Below, in pieces: positions 44,865 to 55,302 of a stretch of 64,000 bases of DNA. The position numbers and the translations under genes were made by a program. Origin of the DNA: Escherichia phage vB_EcoM_AYO145A; the sequence record KR014248. One strand, 5' to 3'. Below the pieces are notes generated by a model. That model was not told where the DNA came from and made no database searches. It saw nothing but the letters and a program-made list of their open reading frames with translations. Positions within the stretch are counted from its first letter, which is position 1. Every line of letters starts with the position of its first letter.

Positions 44865-46842
44865 AGGTCGTAAATTGAAAGAGGCTGGTCAGTTTGTTGG
44901 TCATTGTGCATGTCCACGTTGTGGTTCATCAGATGCTGGTTCAATCTATCATCATGATGATGATTCTTATTCGATGACTTGCTTTAGTTGTAACAAAGGT
45001 TTCCCAGAGTGGGATTTTGATAAAGGACAAATCGTGAGCACTTATTCTACTGGTTCAGACAATAAAAACCGTACTTTCCGTGGAATGGATTTAGACGATG
45101 TAAAAGAAAACCTTGAAGCAATGGACTTGAAAGACAGGAAGATTCCTGCAAAAGTTCTTGAGCGTTTGGGTATCAAGGTTGACATTGACAGTGACGGTGA
45201 AATTGATGCGCACTTCTATCCAACTTACAAGCGTAATGAAGATGGCAAGCTAGAACATGTTGGCTACCGTGTTCGTCACCGTTACCCAGAAGACCATCCA
45301 AAAGAGCACCTACGTGGTAAGCTAAAAGACTTCTCAGGTGGTGTTGGAGACATTAAAGGTGAACTGGCGATGTTCGGTTCATGGATTGCTCCAGAAGGTG
45401 GTAACCGTCTATTCATCTGGGAAGGTGAGATGGAATGTGCAACAGCAATCTACATGACTTCTTTGGCGATTAAAGATAAGTCTCGTCGTAAGAATTACTG
45501 TCACGTATCTGTTCCATCAGGTGCAAACATCAAGTCTATCAAAGATAACTATCAGTACATTACATCATTTGATGAGATTTACTTGTGCTTTGATAACGAT
45601 GAAGCAGGTGCTAAAGCCACTAAAGAGGCTGCTGGCATTCTCCCTATTGAGAAGGTTCGTTTATTCCAGTATCCAGAGGGTGTAAAAGACCTTAACGAGT
45701 GGTGGACAAAGTTCTATAAAGAGAAAGATACAGTTCTGGAAGGATTTAAGCAGCGTATCTACAACGCACCTCGTTACTGCCCTGCTGGTATCAAGAACTT
45801 CGCAGATGGTTTTGAGGCAATGAAGAATCGTGGTCAGATTCCATTGATTCCTTTCCCAGAATCTTTCGGGGATTTGAACAGGTTGACTTATGGTGGTTAC
45901 GGTTTAGGTGAGATTACAACTATTGCAGCACCATCTTCAGTAGGTAAGTCAGCTTACACTCGTGAGATGATTTATTCAGCTTGGAAAGAAACTGATTATA
46001 ATATCGGTGTAATTCCTGTAGAAGATACCTATGAAGAGTTGATGGAGATGCTCTGTGCAATTCACCTGAGCAAACAGATTTCTGAGATTCCTTATGATGA
46101 ACGGGATTGGGATGAATTAAAGGGAGCACACGCAGAACTATCTAAAGGTCGTCGTATCCATATCGTTGACCATCAAGGGGCAATTGACCAAGATAACCTG
46201 CTGGAGTTTGTTGACTATCTTGTTAACAGCTTAGACTGTAAGATTATTATTCTTGACCCTATTACGTTGGCTCTGTCACGTTCTGATACGGATGAAGAGG
46301 AAGTTTTGTCTGAGCTATTGCGTCGTTGCAAACGCTACCAGTATGCGCAGGTAAACGTATGTCACGTTCGTAAGAGTGCAGGTGGTCAAAAGGCTAACTC
46401 TGAAGGTGGGGATATCTCTGAAGAGGATATCAAGGGTTCTGGTGCGTATTTCCAGATTTCCATGAATAATATTTTGTTAATGCGTAACAAGGTTGACCCA
46501 GACCCTGTTAAGAAAAACTTGACAAAAATCAAGTTAACTAAGTGTCGTCGTCATGGCAAGTCAACAGGTATTGCGGGTCATACTTGGTACAATCCAGATA
46601 CAGGTCGTCTTATCAAAGCTTCTGGATGTGGTGTTGATATTGATGGTGCAGCAGAAAATATTCGTCAACAGTTTGGTATTGGTGAAGCTGAAGACCATTA
46701 TGATGACTCTTTGCCTCATTATGAGGATGAAGTGTTTGACCGTGAGACTGGTGAAGTCTATGCTGAAGAGCAGCGTCAAAGTTCAACGATTCCACCTGTA
46801 TTAAGTGAGGATGTAGATGACTGCCCATTCGAAACTGAGTGA
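44851..46842 (+). CDS. DNA primase-helicase (T7 gp4-like: zinc ribbon, TOPRIM, DnaB-type helicase)
   Basis: N-terminal CxxC...C zinc motif CPRCGSSD, helicase Walker A APSSVGKSAY. Confidence 0.8.
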   Translation: MLMSKGRKLKEAGQFVGHCACPRCGSSDAGSIYHHDDDSYSMTCFSCNKGFPEWDFDKGQIVSTYSTGSDNKNRTFRGMDLDDVKENLEAMDLKDRKIPAKVLERLGIKVDIDSDGEIDAHFYPTYKRNEDGKLEHVGYRVRHRYPEDHPKEHLRGKLKDFSGGVGDIKGELAMFGSWIAPEGGNRLFIWEGEMECATAIYMTSLAIKDKSRRKNYCHVSVPSGANIKSIKDNYQYITSFDEIYLCFDNDEAGAKATKEAAGILPIEKVRLFQYPEGVKDLNEWWTKFYKEKDTVLEGFKQRIYNAPRYCPAGIKNFADGFEAMKNRGQIPLIPFPESFGDLNRLTYGGYGLGEITTIAAPSSVGKSAYTREMIYSAWKETDYNIGVIPVEDTYEELMEMLCAIHLSKQISEIPYDERDWDELKGAHAELSKGRRIHIVDHQGAIDQDNLLEFVDYLVNSLDCKIIILDPITLALSRSDTDEEEVLSELLRRCKRYQYAQVNVCHVRKSAGGQKANSEGGDISEEDIKGSGAYFQISMNNILLMRNKVDPDPVKKNLTKIKLTKCRRHGKSTGIAGHTWYNPDTGRLIKASGCGVDIDGAAENIRQQFGIGEAEDHYDDSLPHYEDEVFDRETGEVYAEEQRQSSTIPPVLSEDVDDCPFETE

Positions 46843-47098
46843 TAGCTATAAAAGAGAGGGGTTCACACCCTTCTTTGAAGAAAAAAGTTTAAATAAATTT
46901 CAGGAAGAGTGTTTGACAAAGATTGATAGGTTCTATAGAATGCTCCTTATGAAATGCGATGGGGGAGTTGAGATAAAAGAAGATTTCCACCAGAGCATGA
47001 TTACAGTCATCATTGCACTGCCTCAGCATAATATTAGTTGGCTGTTTATAATTAAAGAAAATGTGTTTGAATATCAAGTATATCGGAGAATATCATGA
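46817..47098 (+). CDS. hypothetical protein
   Basis: ORF track. Confidence 0.4.
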   Translation: MTAHSKLSDSYKREGFTPFFEEKSLNKFQEECLTKIDRFYRMLLMKCDGGVEIKEDFHQSMITVIIALPQHNISWLFIIKENVFEYQVYRRIS

Positions 47099-47251
47099 AA
47101 CACTCTAAAGCATTTGAAAAAGTTTTTGGGGATTCCTTAAAAGCCACTGCTGGCAAACCAGCAAAATACTATGAAGAGAAGCGTGTAAGAACTGGAAAAA
47201 CTGCACGTAAAGCAGCTTCTAAAGATAAGCACAACTTCCAGTAATTAATGT

Positions 47252-47280
47252 TTGACAATAGAGTATCAACAAATTAGAAT
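47252..47280 (+). promoter_or_regulatory. sigma70-like promoter (TTGACA 47252-47257, 17-nt spacer, TAGAAT 47275-47280)
   Basis: Near-consensus hexamers upstream of SSB-like gene. Confidence 0.55.
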
Positions 47281-47316
47281 TGGTACTCTTCATAAATTGA
47301 GATAGAGGTTTAAATA

Positions 47317-48174
47317 ATGTCTAAAGTTGTTAAAATGAAAGCTCCGGTAGAGAAGTACAACGGTACTGAACGTCAAACTCTGCGTTACCTTCTGAAAGAT
47401 GTCTGGTTTTATTACCTGAACACTTCACCACGTCCGGGAAAAGGCAAGTCCATTGATAAGAAATTCCCAGGCAAAGACTGTAACTACAGCGTTTCAATTC
47501 TGGCAGAAGATGGTAACAAGCTGTTTAAAGAGTTTACTAAGTCTAAGAAGAACCCAGAAGGTTGGGATAAAGTTACTACTGAAGCAGTTGATGCAGATGA
47601 CTTCGAAGAGAAGTTTGGCTGCAAACCACCATTTGAAGCAGACACTTACTACATCTTGAAAGTAAGTCGTGCAGCAGCTTATAAAGATGGTGCTGTATGG
47701 ACAGCTAAACAGTCATTCCCTGTAATGCTGATTGAAGAAGTAAATGGTAAGCGTGTAGCTGTTAAACAGCCGATGAAGAAAATCAAAGCTCAAGCATCTG
47801 ACAAACATGAAGATGACAAGAACTATGATGTAATTCATCCAGATATTGCAGTTGGTAACGGTTCTTTTGGTAGTGTGATTCTTTCTACTCACTTCTACAC
47901 TTTTGAGAACAATGTTCTGACAAAACCTATTCAGGAACAGTTTATCATTGATACTCTTGTACCTTACACTGGTGGTAACGGTGCTAATGGCGAACCTGAA
48001 CTGGATGAAGACGAACTAGCTATGCTTGGTCTTGATGGTGTTGAAGATAACGGTGAAATCACTGAAGAAGATGCAAAAGACCACAAACCTTCGAATGATT
48101 CTGATGATGGTGACGATGAAGACTTGCCAGACCCAGATGACGAAGAAGATGAAGACTTCGATACAGAAGACTAA
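47317..48174 (+). CDS. single-stranded DNA-binding protein (putative) with acidic C-terminal tail
   Basis: C-terminus DDGDDEDLPDPDDEEDEDFDTED typical of phage SSBs; own promoter. Confidence 0.5.
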   Translation: MSKVVKMKAPVEKYNGTERQTLRYLLKDVWFYYLNTSPRPGKGKSIDKKFPGKDCNYSVSILAEDGNKLFKEFTKSKKNPEGWDKVTTEAVDADDFEEKFGCKPPFEADTYYILKVSRAAAYKDGAVWTAKQSFPVMLIEEVNGKRVAVKQPMKKIKAQASDKHEDDKNYDVIHPDIAVGNGSFGSVILSTHFYTFENNVLTKPIQEQFIIDTLVPYTGGNGANGEPELDEDELAMLGLDGVEDNGEITEEDAKDHKPSNDSDDGDDEDLPDPDDEEDEDFDTED

Positions 48175-48192
48175 TCTCTAAAAGTTACTTTA

Positions 48193-48220
48193 AAGCCCTG
48201 TACTTAGTATGGGGCTTTTT
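48193..48220 (+). terminator. rho-independent terminator
   Basis: AAGCCC-loop-GGGCTT + TTTT. Confidence 0.45.
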
Positions 48221-48236
48221 CATATGGAGAGTCACA

Positions 48237-49277
48237 ATGGAGAAGTATACATTAACAAAACTTCCCGATTCAGTTACACATGTCTTTATTGACTCTGACA
48301 GTATTGCCTATAAAGGTGCTTGTGTAGTTGAGAAAGCAAAATATAAATATGTCAATAAACTCACAGCAGAAGAGTCTGAATCATTTGATAATGCAAAAGA
48401 TGCTGCAAGATGGTTAGCAGACCAGAGAATCCTTGTAGAAGAGCTTGGCCTAGCATTTGATGAAGATGAATGGGAAAGACAGACTTGGAAAGAAGCTAAG
48501 AGTGAAAAAGAAGCTATCATGGCTACTCAGCAGGTTCTTCAGGAATGGCTTAAGGTTGTTGGTAAAGAAAGAACTTGGGTAGGTTATTTAACAGAGAAGG
48601 GTGTACATAAACATAAAGACATTAAAGGTCTTGAGCACCAATATCAAGGTAACCGTAAAGATGCTGTCACACCAACACACTTAGTTGCTTGTCGTGAATA
48701 TCTTTTATCCAGACCAGAGTTCAAGCTCTTAAGGGGTGGCTTCGAAGCCGATTCAATCGTAATTGCTAAAGCTGAAAAGATGGGTAAGAAAGCTGCTCTT
48801 ATGAGTATTGACAAAGACCTTCGACAAGCTGAAGGGACTTATTGTATTGATATGACTTATGAAAAGTCACCACTAATTTTTATTGCTGACAATAATGTTG
48901 GTGATATCTGGGATTGCCCTATCAAATCAAAACCAAAAGCTGCAAAAACAGTTGGTGTAGGTTTTAAATTCTTGTGTTATCAGGCTGTTGCTGGAGATAA
49001 TGCAGACAACTACTTCGGCCTTAAAGGTGCTGGAAAAGTAGCTGTGATGAATGCTTTAGATGGTAAAGAGACCTACAAAGAGTGTCTTGATGCTATCTAT
49101 GAACTCTATGCTAAAAAAGACTCTTATACCTATGTGTCATGGGATGGACAGACTGTTACAAAGACACCGTTAGAGTTAATGGAGCAGCATTTCTGGGTGG
49201 CATATCAAGAGAGAAATCCAAAAGATAATTTCTCTTTTAAGAAATATAATTGGGAGCCGTGTATGAATGAAGATTAA
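48237..49277 (+). CDS. 5'-3' exonuclease / flap endonuclease (FEN-like)
   Basis: Motifs VFIDSDSIAYKG, GFEADSIV, SIDKDLRQ resemble FEN/PIN catalytic acidic clusters. Confidence 0.55.
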   Translation: MEKYTLTKLPDSVTHVFIDSDSIAYKGACVVEKAKYKYVNKLTAEESESFDNAKDAARWLADQRILVEELGLAFDEDEWERQTWKEAKSEKEAIMATQQVLQEWLKVVGKERTWVGYLTEKGVHKHKDIKGLEHQYQGNRKDAVTPTHLVACREYLLSRPEFKLLRGGFEADSIVIAKAEKMGKKAALMSIDKDLRQAEGTYCIDMTYEKSPLIFIADNNVGDIWDCPIKSKPKAAKTVGVGFKFLCYQAVAGDNADNYFGLKGAGKVAVMNALDGKETYKECLDAIYELYAKKDSYTYVSWDGQTVTKTPLELMEQHFWVAYQERNPKDNFSFKKYNWEPCMNED

Positions 49278-49764
49278 AGGATTTGGCAATTGCCCAACCT
49301 ATGGTCATTGGGTATCTTTATGTGGGGAAGTTGACCCCACTAAACATTTTGGTTTTGTCTATTTAGTGCACTGTAAGAAAACCGGACAATATTATATAGG
49401 AAAGAAACAGCTTAACAGTGTGACAAAAAGAAAAGTTGCTGGGAAGACTCGGAAGAAGGTAGTCACTAAGGAGAGTGATTGGATGACTTATGAGACTTCT
49501 TCTGAGTATATTAAAAAAGATATTGAGAGCTTTGGAAAAGAATTTTTTGACTTTTACATTATTCAGACCTACTACACAAAAGGTGGCCTAGTCTATGGTG
49601 AAGCAAACCTTCAACATAAATTCGATGTAATGACAAAAAGGATTGACTCGAAGCTCAGACTCTTCTACAATGCCAATATTGCAGCAATTAAGTTTATTAC
49701 TAAAGAAACTTATGAAGATGCTGAAAAAAGAATCCATAAGGTAATGAAAGCAAACTGTGCTTGA
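49267..49764 (+). CDS. GIY-YIG-like nuclease domain protein (possible homing endonuclease)
   Basis: FGFVYLVHCKKTGQYYIGKK matches GIY-(10 aa)-YIG spacing. Confidence 0.4.
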   Translation: MKIKGFGNCPTYGHWVSLCGEVDPTKHFGFVYLVHCKKTGQYYIGKKQLNSVTKRKVAGKTRKKVVTKESDWMTYETSSEYIKKDIESFGKEFFDFYIIQTYYTKGGLVYGEANLQHKFDVMTKRIDSKLRLFYNANIAAIKFITKETYEDAEKRIHKVMKANCA

Positions 49765-49770
49765 TAACTA

Positions 49771-50016
49771 TTGAGAGAGAATAAAATGTTTAACAAAAGC
49801 AAAGCTGTGAGTCATGTAGCAAAAGTTGACAGCAAAATTGAAGAACTTGAGCGCATCCTTGCAAATGCTAGAGAGTCAATAATCAAAGAAGTTGAAGCTG
49901 TTGAATCTCAAATGCAGCACCTAATGCTTAAACGTCAAGAGCTACGTGAGCATCTGGAATATATTGAAACACGAGAGCTAAAGGTTAACAGATTTTTAAG
50001 GAGTCCAAATGTTTAA
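49771..50016 (+). CDS. hypothetical coiled-coil protein
   Basis: ORF track. Confidence 0.45.
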   Translation: MRENKMFNKSKAVSHVAKVDSKIEELERILANARESIIKEVEAVESQMQHLMLKRQELREHLEYIETRELKVNRFLRSPNV

Positions 50017-50764
50017 CTCAAGAGAAGCAGTAAAAAACTGGAATCTTCGTTGTGGAAACACTCAAAAGCAGCCTTACAGTGATGAGTATTGGGAATCTTT
50101 AAAATCCCAGTCTCTGTGTATGCTTGAAGAAGCAAAAGAGCTTGTAAAAGCAATTGAAGAGAAAGACCCCATTGAGACACTGGATGCTCAGGCAGATTTG
50201 CAATATGTTCTTGACGGTTTGATTTACCTGTCACAACATGACCATAACGGTGCTATGAAAGCTGTTTGCCATAATAATGACCTGAAGTATACAGATGACT
50301 ATGAAGAAGCTTTAAAACGTCTTGCAGATATTGAGAAGCGTACTGGTCAAGAGTGTATTATCAGAATGTCAGTAGTTGATGGTAAAGAATGGTATGCGAT
50401 TGTTCGTGCAGCCGATGGGAAGATTATGAAGCAATCAAATCTCCCTAAAGTACAGCTTGGTGAATACATTGTAGAACTTGAAAGCCAAGAACTTTTTGTG
50501 GTAGTATCTGAGACATGCGTTATCTGCAAAGGTATTGTAGATAGCTTAAAGGATTTGGGTGTAGATGGTTTTGTAGAAGTTAATCCAATTACCTCTAAAG
50601 CAGATAAAGACTTCTGTAAAGAGAATGGACTATGGATTGCAGATATTATCTACTATGATGGTGAGCAGTTCCATGTAACCTCATACCCGAAACTGAATTA
50701 TGATGCTAATAACCTGAAGTGCTGGTTAAAAGGGGTTGGTTATAATGGATTCACAGAACATTAA
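50009..50764 (+). CDS. hypothetical protein with MazG-like nucleotide pyrophosphohydrolase-type N-terminal helix pattern
   Basis: LEEAKELVKAIEE...DLQYVLDGL resembles EExxE...D metal-binding helices; weak. Confidence 0.35.
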   Translation: MFNSREAVKNWNLRCGNTQKQPYSDEYWESLKSQSLCMLEEAKELVKAIEEKDPIETLDAQADLQYVLDGLIYLSQHDHNGAMKAVCHNNDLKYTDDYEEALKRLADIEKRTGQECIIRMSVVDGKEWYAIVRAADGKIMKQSNLPKVQLGEYIVELESQELFVVVSETCVICKGIVDSLKDLGVDGFVEVNPITSKADKDFCKENGLWIADIIYYDGEQFHVTSYPKLNYDANNLKCWLKGVGYNGFTEH

Positions 50765-51068
50765 TAAAGAGGGTGTGGCTCAGAAGAGCCACTTCTCAAA
50801 CTACAATATTTCTATGACGGTGTTTATGAATGACCCGTTACTAGAAAAATATGGTGAGACTCCAGATACACTTCTGGACAATGAACAAGTTTTAAAAGCA
50901 GTCCTGTACAAATATGGGATTGATATTGAGAAAGAGTATTCTTTTGAAATCTGTCAACACAGGAATACTTTCGGTAAAGTTGTAATGGCTCCACTCTTCA
51001 TGGGTGTAGAAAGAACTGACTATGGTTGGTTATATCTAAAAAGAAACTTGGAGAAATACCGTGTCTAA
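50736..51068 (+). CDS. hypothetical protein
   Basis: ORF track. Confidence 0.45.
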   Translation: MVIMDSQNINKEGVAQKSHFSNYNISMTVFMNDPLLEKYGETPDTLLDNEQVLKAVLYKYGIDIEKEYSFEICQHRNTFGKVVMAPLFMGVERTDYGWLYLKRNLEKYRV

Positions 51069-51396
51069 AACAAAAAAGCTATCTTATGATGACATTATCT
51101 CAGGTGCTAAATTAGGTGTTGATAGTATCGGACAAGATGTTAAGCACGGGGACACAGTTATGTACTGTGATGACCGAAGAGGAAGAAGTGCAATCTTGTT
51201 TGGGAGAATTGTTTGCAAGATGCGAGGTAATTACGTTGTTGCAGACATGGATGAGAACACTACACAAGAGCTTGAAGCAATTATGAATGGCAACACCTCA
51301 TCGTGGTTCCTGAATTGTATGCACGCTGCTTCAGTCACAAAGGTAAGTGATAAGTTTTACGACATGTGGCAGAATGAGCAAATTTTCAAGATTTAA
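51061..51396 (+). CDS. hypothetical protein
   Basis: ORF track. Confidence 0.45.
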   Translation: MSKTKKLSYDDIISGAKLGVDSIGQDVKHGDTVMYCDDRRGRSAILFGRIVCKMRGNYVVADMDENTTQELEAIMNGNTSSWFLNCMHAASVTKVSDKFYDMWQNEQIFKI

Positions 51397-51400
51397 ACTA

Positions 51401-51425
51401 GGGAGCCTCTTCGGAGGCTCTTTTC
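51401..51425 (+). terminator. rho-independent terminator (GAGCCTC-TTCG-GAGGCTC + TTTT)
   Basis: Perfect 7-bp stem, UUCG tetraloop, T-run. Confidence 0.65.
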
Positions 51426-51442
51426 ATCTGTAGGATTCAAAA

Positions 51443-53677
51443 ATGATTAAGACAATTAAAAAATCAAATGGTACAGTAGTAAGCTTTGACCCAGAAAGAC
51501 TGAATAAGTGGGCATCATGGGCAGATAAACGTGGAATTATCTGGTCAGAAGTCACTATGGAAGCTATGAAACGTGTCTATGAAGGTTGCACTACAAAAGA
51601 GATGCACCAAGCCATGATTGATGTTTGTGTTGATAAACAAACTCAAGAGTACTCAGATATGGCTGGACGGCTACTTCTGGGGATTATCTACAAAGAAGCC
51701 TTTGGAGGCTTTACTAAGGTTCCTACGCTGGTTACCTTCGTTAAAAATATGGAGAGAGCAGGACTTTGGGAGAAGATGGACTACTCACAGGAAGAGCTTG
51801 AATACCTGCAAGGTTACATTGTGCACTCAAAAGATATCTCTTACGGTTATGCAGTCTTGAAACAGTTCAGAGACAAGTATGGTATCCGTGATATTAAAAC
51901 GGGAAGACTTTTTGAGTCACCACAATTTATGTTTATGGGTATGGCTATGAAAGCCTTCGAGAAGCAACCAAAGCACCGTAGACTGCAAGATGTTATCAAG
52001 CTGTACACTTACCTATCTGACCTGAAGATTAACGCACCTACGCCTTATCTGAATGGTTTAAGAGCCACTAAATCAGGTTATGCGTCATGCTGTTTGATTA
52101 AGGCGAATGATACCGCTGAATCTCTCGGTATTGCTGCAAAGGTTGCTTATGACATGACTACAAAGCAAGCTGGTATCGGGATGCTGATGGAGACTCGCAC
52201 TATTGGTGATGGTATCCGTCAAAACACGATTGAGCACATGGGTAAGCTACCTTATTACAAGCTTGTACGTTCATCTGTAGAGGCAAATAAACAGAAGAGC
52301 CGTGGTGGTTCAGCTAATAACTTCTACACTGCTCTAGACCCACAGATTGAAGATTTACTGCGTTTGAAGCACCCTACAACGGTTCCTTCTAAACGTATTA
52401 ATGAGATGGACTACTCATTCGGCACAAACGATTATTTCTGGCAGTGTGTCCAGTATGATACAGATTGGTTGCTATTCTCTTACAAAGATGCACCAAAACT
52501 CTATGACATGTTCTACACAGCATCTGCTGATGAGTTTGCTATGGCAGTTGGTCACGCAGTACATTCAGGAGTTAAGCACAGAAGAGTCAAGGCTCGTGAA
52601 ATTGCTAAGCTGTTTATTCAACAGCGTTATGCTACAGGTCGTGTGTATCCATTCTTCACTAACAATGCAAACACACATACACCATTTAAAGAGCCATTGA
52701 AGATGTCAAATCTTTGTATGGAAATTGTGTTGCCAGTGTATGGTTTTGAGAAAGAGACAGACCTTTATAGAGACGATGCTGTGAAAGAGGATGGTGAGGT
52801 GGCTCTTTGCTTCCTAGCTAGTTTGGTTGCAGGGAGAATTTCAGAAGATGAATACGCTGACGTTGCTTATTATGCTCTTGCAATGGTTGACTCCGTTATT
52901 GACCTTATGGATTATCCGTATCCGTCGATGCGTAACCATGTTCAGAAGCGTCGTTCTGTTGGGATTGGCCTTACAAATGTGGCTCATTACCTTGCGAAGA
53001 ACTACGTGAACTACTCTTCACGAGCAGGTAAGACGAAGCTTCATGAACTTGCAGAGATGCACTCTTACTATCTGCATGAAGCCTCTCTGAGACTTGCTAA
53101 AGAGCGTGGTGTTCCAGAGTACATGAAGTTCACTAAGTACCCTGAAGGCTGGGTTCCTCCAAAGACAGCTAACAAGAAGATTGATGAAAAGCATGATGCA
53201 AAACTACGATATGATTGGGATGACTTAGCACAACGTATCAAAGAAAATGGTGGAATCCGAAACTCTGTATTAGAAGCTTACATGCCTAATGAGAGTTCTT
53301 CACTGGCAACTAATACGACAAATGGCTTGTACCCAATTCGTGACTTTATTTTAACTAAAAAGTCTGCAACTGGTAACGTGCTGTTTATTGTTCCAGATTA
53401 TGAAGAGTTGAAGTATGTATATGAAATTGCTTGGGGTATTGACACCTTTGACCTGATTGATTGTTATGCAATTGTCCAAAAGTTCACTGGTCAAGCTATC
53501 TCTTCAGACTTCTATGTTGACTATGCAAAGTCTAAGAAGGTATCATTGGCTCAAGCTCTGAAGTACATGATTTATGCCAACTCTGTAGGTATGAAAACCA
53601 TGTATTACCTTAACAGTCGCATTGGTGTAGGTAAATCTGCACTGCAAGATGCTTATTGCGAGGGTTGTGGTGTTTAG
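51443..53677 (+). CDS. nrdA: ribonucleoside-diphosphate reductase, alpha subunit (class Ia)
   Basis: ATP-cone N-terminus, 744 aa, C-terminal Cys pair YCEGCGV. Confidence 0.85.
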   Translation: MIKTIKKSNGTVVSFDPERLNKWASWADKRGIIWSEVTMEAMKRVYEGCTTKEMHQAMIDVCVDKQTQEYSDMAGRLLLGIIYKEAFGGFTKVPTLVTFVKNMERAGLWEKMDYSQEELEYLQGYIVHSKDISYGYAVLKQFRDKYGIRDIKTGRLFESPQFMFMGMAMKAFEKQPKHRRLQDVIKLYTYLSDLKINAPTPYLNGLRATKSGYASCCLIKANDTAESLGIAAKVAYDMTTKQAGIGMLMETRTIGDGIRQNTIEHMGKLPYYKLVRSSVEANKQKSRGGSANNFYTALDPQIEDLLRLKHPTTVPSKRINEMDYSFGTNDYFWQCVQYDTDWLLFSYKDAPKLYDMFYTASADEFAMAVGHAVHSGVKHRRVKAREIAKLFIQQRYATGRVYPFFTNNANTHTPFKEPLKMSNLCMEIVLPVYGFEKETDLYRDDAVKEDGEVALCFLASLVAGRISEDEYADVAYYALAMVDSVIDLMDYPYPSMRNHVQKRRSVGIGLTNVAHYLAKNYVNYSSRAGKTKLHELAEMHSYYLHEASLRLAKERGVPEYMKFTKYPEGWVPPKTANKKIDEKHDAKLRYDWDDLAQRIKENGGIRNSVLEAYMPNESSSLATNTTNGLYPIRDFILTKKSATGNVLFIVPDYEELKYVYEIAWGIDTFDLIDCYAIVQKFTGQAISSDFYVDYAKSKKVSLAQALKYMIYANSVGMKTMYYLNSRIGVGKSALQDAYCEGCGV

Positions 53678-53732
53678 TTTTAACAACTATGAGGGTCGTA
53701 AAAGACCCTCTAAAAATAACTTTGGAGAGACC

Positions 53733-53990
53733 ATGAAAGATTTAATAGAAAAACATGAGCGGCCTATATACTTGCTCTACAAACCCCGCAAAACATTGTA
53801 CTATGTGAGCAGCACAGGTATCATGATAAAGCAGAATGATGACTTATGGGTCACTGGAGCCTCTTACATCTCTACAGCAGATGGTAAAATCTACGCAAGA
53901 CCTTATGAGATGTTTAACAAAGAAAATTGGGAAGTTTTAGACAGAAAACAAGCCTTAGAAATGATAAAGAAAGGAGAAATCACGCTATGA
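53733..53990 (+). CDS. hypothetical protein
   Basis: Start at ATG 53733 with GGAGAGA RBS (ORF track frame from 53649). Confidence 0.45.
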   Translation: MKDLIEKHERPIYLLYKPRKTLYYVSSTGIMIKQNDDLWVTGASYISTADGKIYARPYEMFNKENWEVLDRKQALEMIKKGEITL

Positions 53991-55060
53991 TTAACCAGCA
54001 CCCAATCTTTTTAGGTGGTGAGAGAAAAACTTTTGACTCACTCAATAAGCACTACCCAAAAATCTTTGAACTTTATAAACAACAAAAAGCACAAGACTGG
54101 TCAGAAGATGAGTTCCCTTTTGAACAATCGCGTCTTGATTTTGAGAGTGTCCCAGCATCAATGTCAGGTGTAATGCTTGAGATTCTTAAGTGGCAGTGGG
54201 AAGCAGATACCCAAGTTGCTAAGAGCTTGGCATTCGCCTTTGCACCATTCATCTCTGATGACATCTATGCAACTGCAATTATGAAGCAGTCTGAGATTGA
54301 AAACCTACATGCTCTTACTTACTCAGAGATTGTAAGGCAATGTATTAAAAACCCTGAAACAATCTTAGATGAGATTAACCAGAATGTTGCTGTGCAAGAC
54401 CGATTAAAAACTGTGAATCGTGTTCTTGAAGAATTACTGGATGAAGGTATAAACTATCGCCTGAGTTATGTCCGTGATTCACTTCTGGACAAAGACCCTT
54501 TACACTTCCATAAAGTGATTCTGAAAGGTCTATTTGCAGTGACTGCACTGGAAGGAATATCTTTTATGGCATCCTTTGCATGTACTTTTGCACTTGATGC
54601 TCAAGATAAATTTCAAGGTATTGCTCAAGCTGTCCAGAAAATTATGCTTGACGAAATCCTTCACACTAAAATTGATATTGAAGTTTTAAAAGAAACTTTA
54701 AGAGATGATGAGTGGCAAAAAGCTTTCCAACAAATTCTTCCAGAGATTAAAGTAATCTTAGATGAAGTAGTTGAAAGTGAAGAGAAATGGTCGTATTATA
54801 TCTTCTCCGAAGGACGTGCTGTAGTTGGGTTAAATACAAAGCTTCTTCATGAGTGGGTTTACTATAATGCTGCCCCACTGTATGATATGTTTGGCATTCC
54901 CAGAGATTTTGTAGCTCCTAAAGAACCACCTTTGAAGTATATGATTAAGAAGATGGAAATTGATAAAGAGCAGAATGCTAATCAGGAGCAACAGAACGGT
55001 GCGTATTTATTGAATACTGTTGTAGATGATTTGAATAGTGGATTTTTAGAGGTTCCTTAA
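53987..55060 (+). CDS. nrdB: ribonucleoside-diphosphate reductase, beta subunit
   Basis: Position after nrdA, size, ATGA start overlap at 53987 (ORF track frame from 53927). Confidence 0.75.
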   Translation: MINQHPIFLGGERKTFDSLNKHYPKIFELYKQQKAQDWSEDEFPFEQSRLDFESVPASMSGVMLEILKWQWEADTQVAKSLAFAFAPFISDDIYATAIMKQSEIENLHALTYSEIVRQCIKNPETILDEINQNVAVQDRLKTVNRVLEELLDEGINYRLSYVRDSLLDKDPLHFHKVILKGLFAVTALEGISFMASFACTFALDAQDKFQGIAQAVQKIMLDEILHTKIDIEVLKETLRDDEWQKAFQQILPEIKVILDEVVESEEKWSYYIFSEGRAVVGLNTKLLHEWVYYNAAPLYDMFGIPRDFVAPKEPPLKYMIKKMEIDKEQNANQEQQNGAYLLNTVVDDLNSGFLEVP

Positions 55061-55302
55061 TGACTTATGTAATTTACTCCAAAACTGGATGCCCTCAGTG
55101 TGAGACTGCAAAGAATTTTGCAAAAGCTCGTGGTATTGACCATGTTGTGAGAATGTTAGGGCAGGACTATGAGCTATCAGACCTGATGGATATTGCACAG
55201 ATGCCAGTTCGTCAGATGCCATTCATCATGAAAACTGATGGACAAAACCTAAAACCTGTTGGGACGCTACAGAATTTTATGGCAGAGGTGAATAATGCTT
55301 AA
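55060..55302 (+). CDS. glutaredoxin-like redoxin (NrdH/Grx)
   Basis: Active-site CPQC in 80 aa thioredoxin-fold-sized protein adjacent to nrdAB. Confidence 0.7.
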   Translation: MTYVIYSKTGCPQCETAKNFAKARGIDHVVRMLGQDYELSDLMDIAQMPVRQMPFIMKTDGQNLKPVGTLQNFMAEVNNA

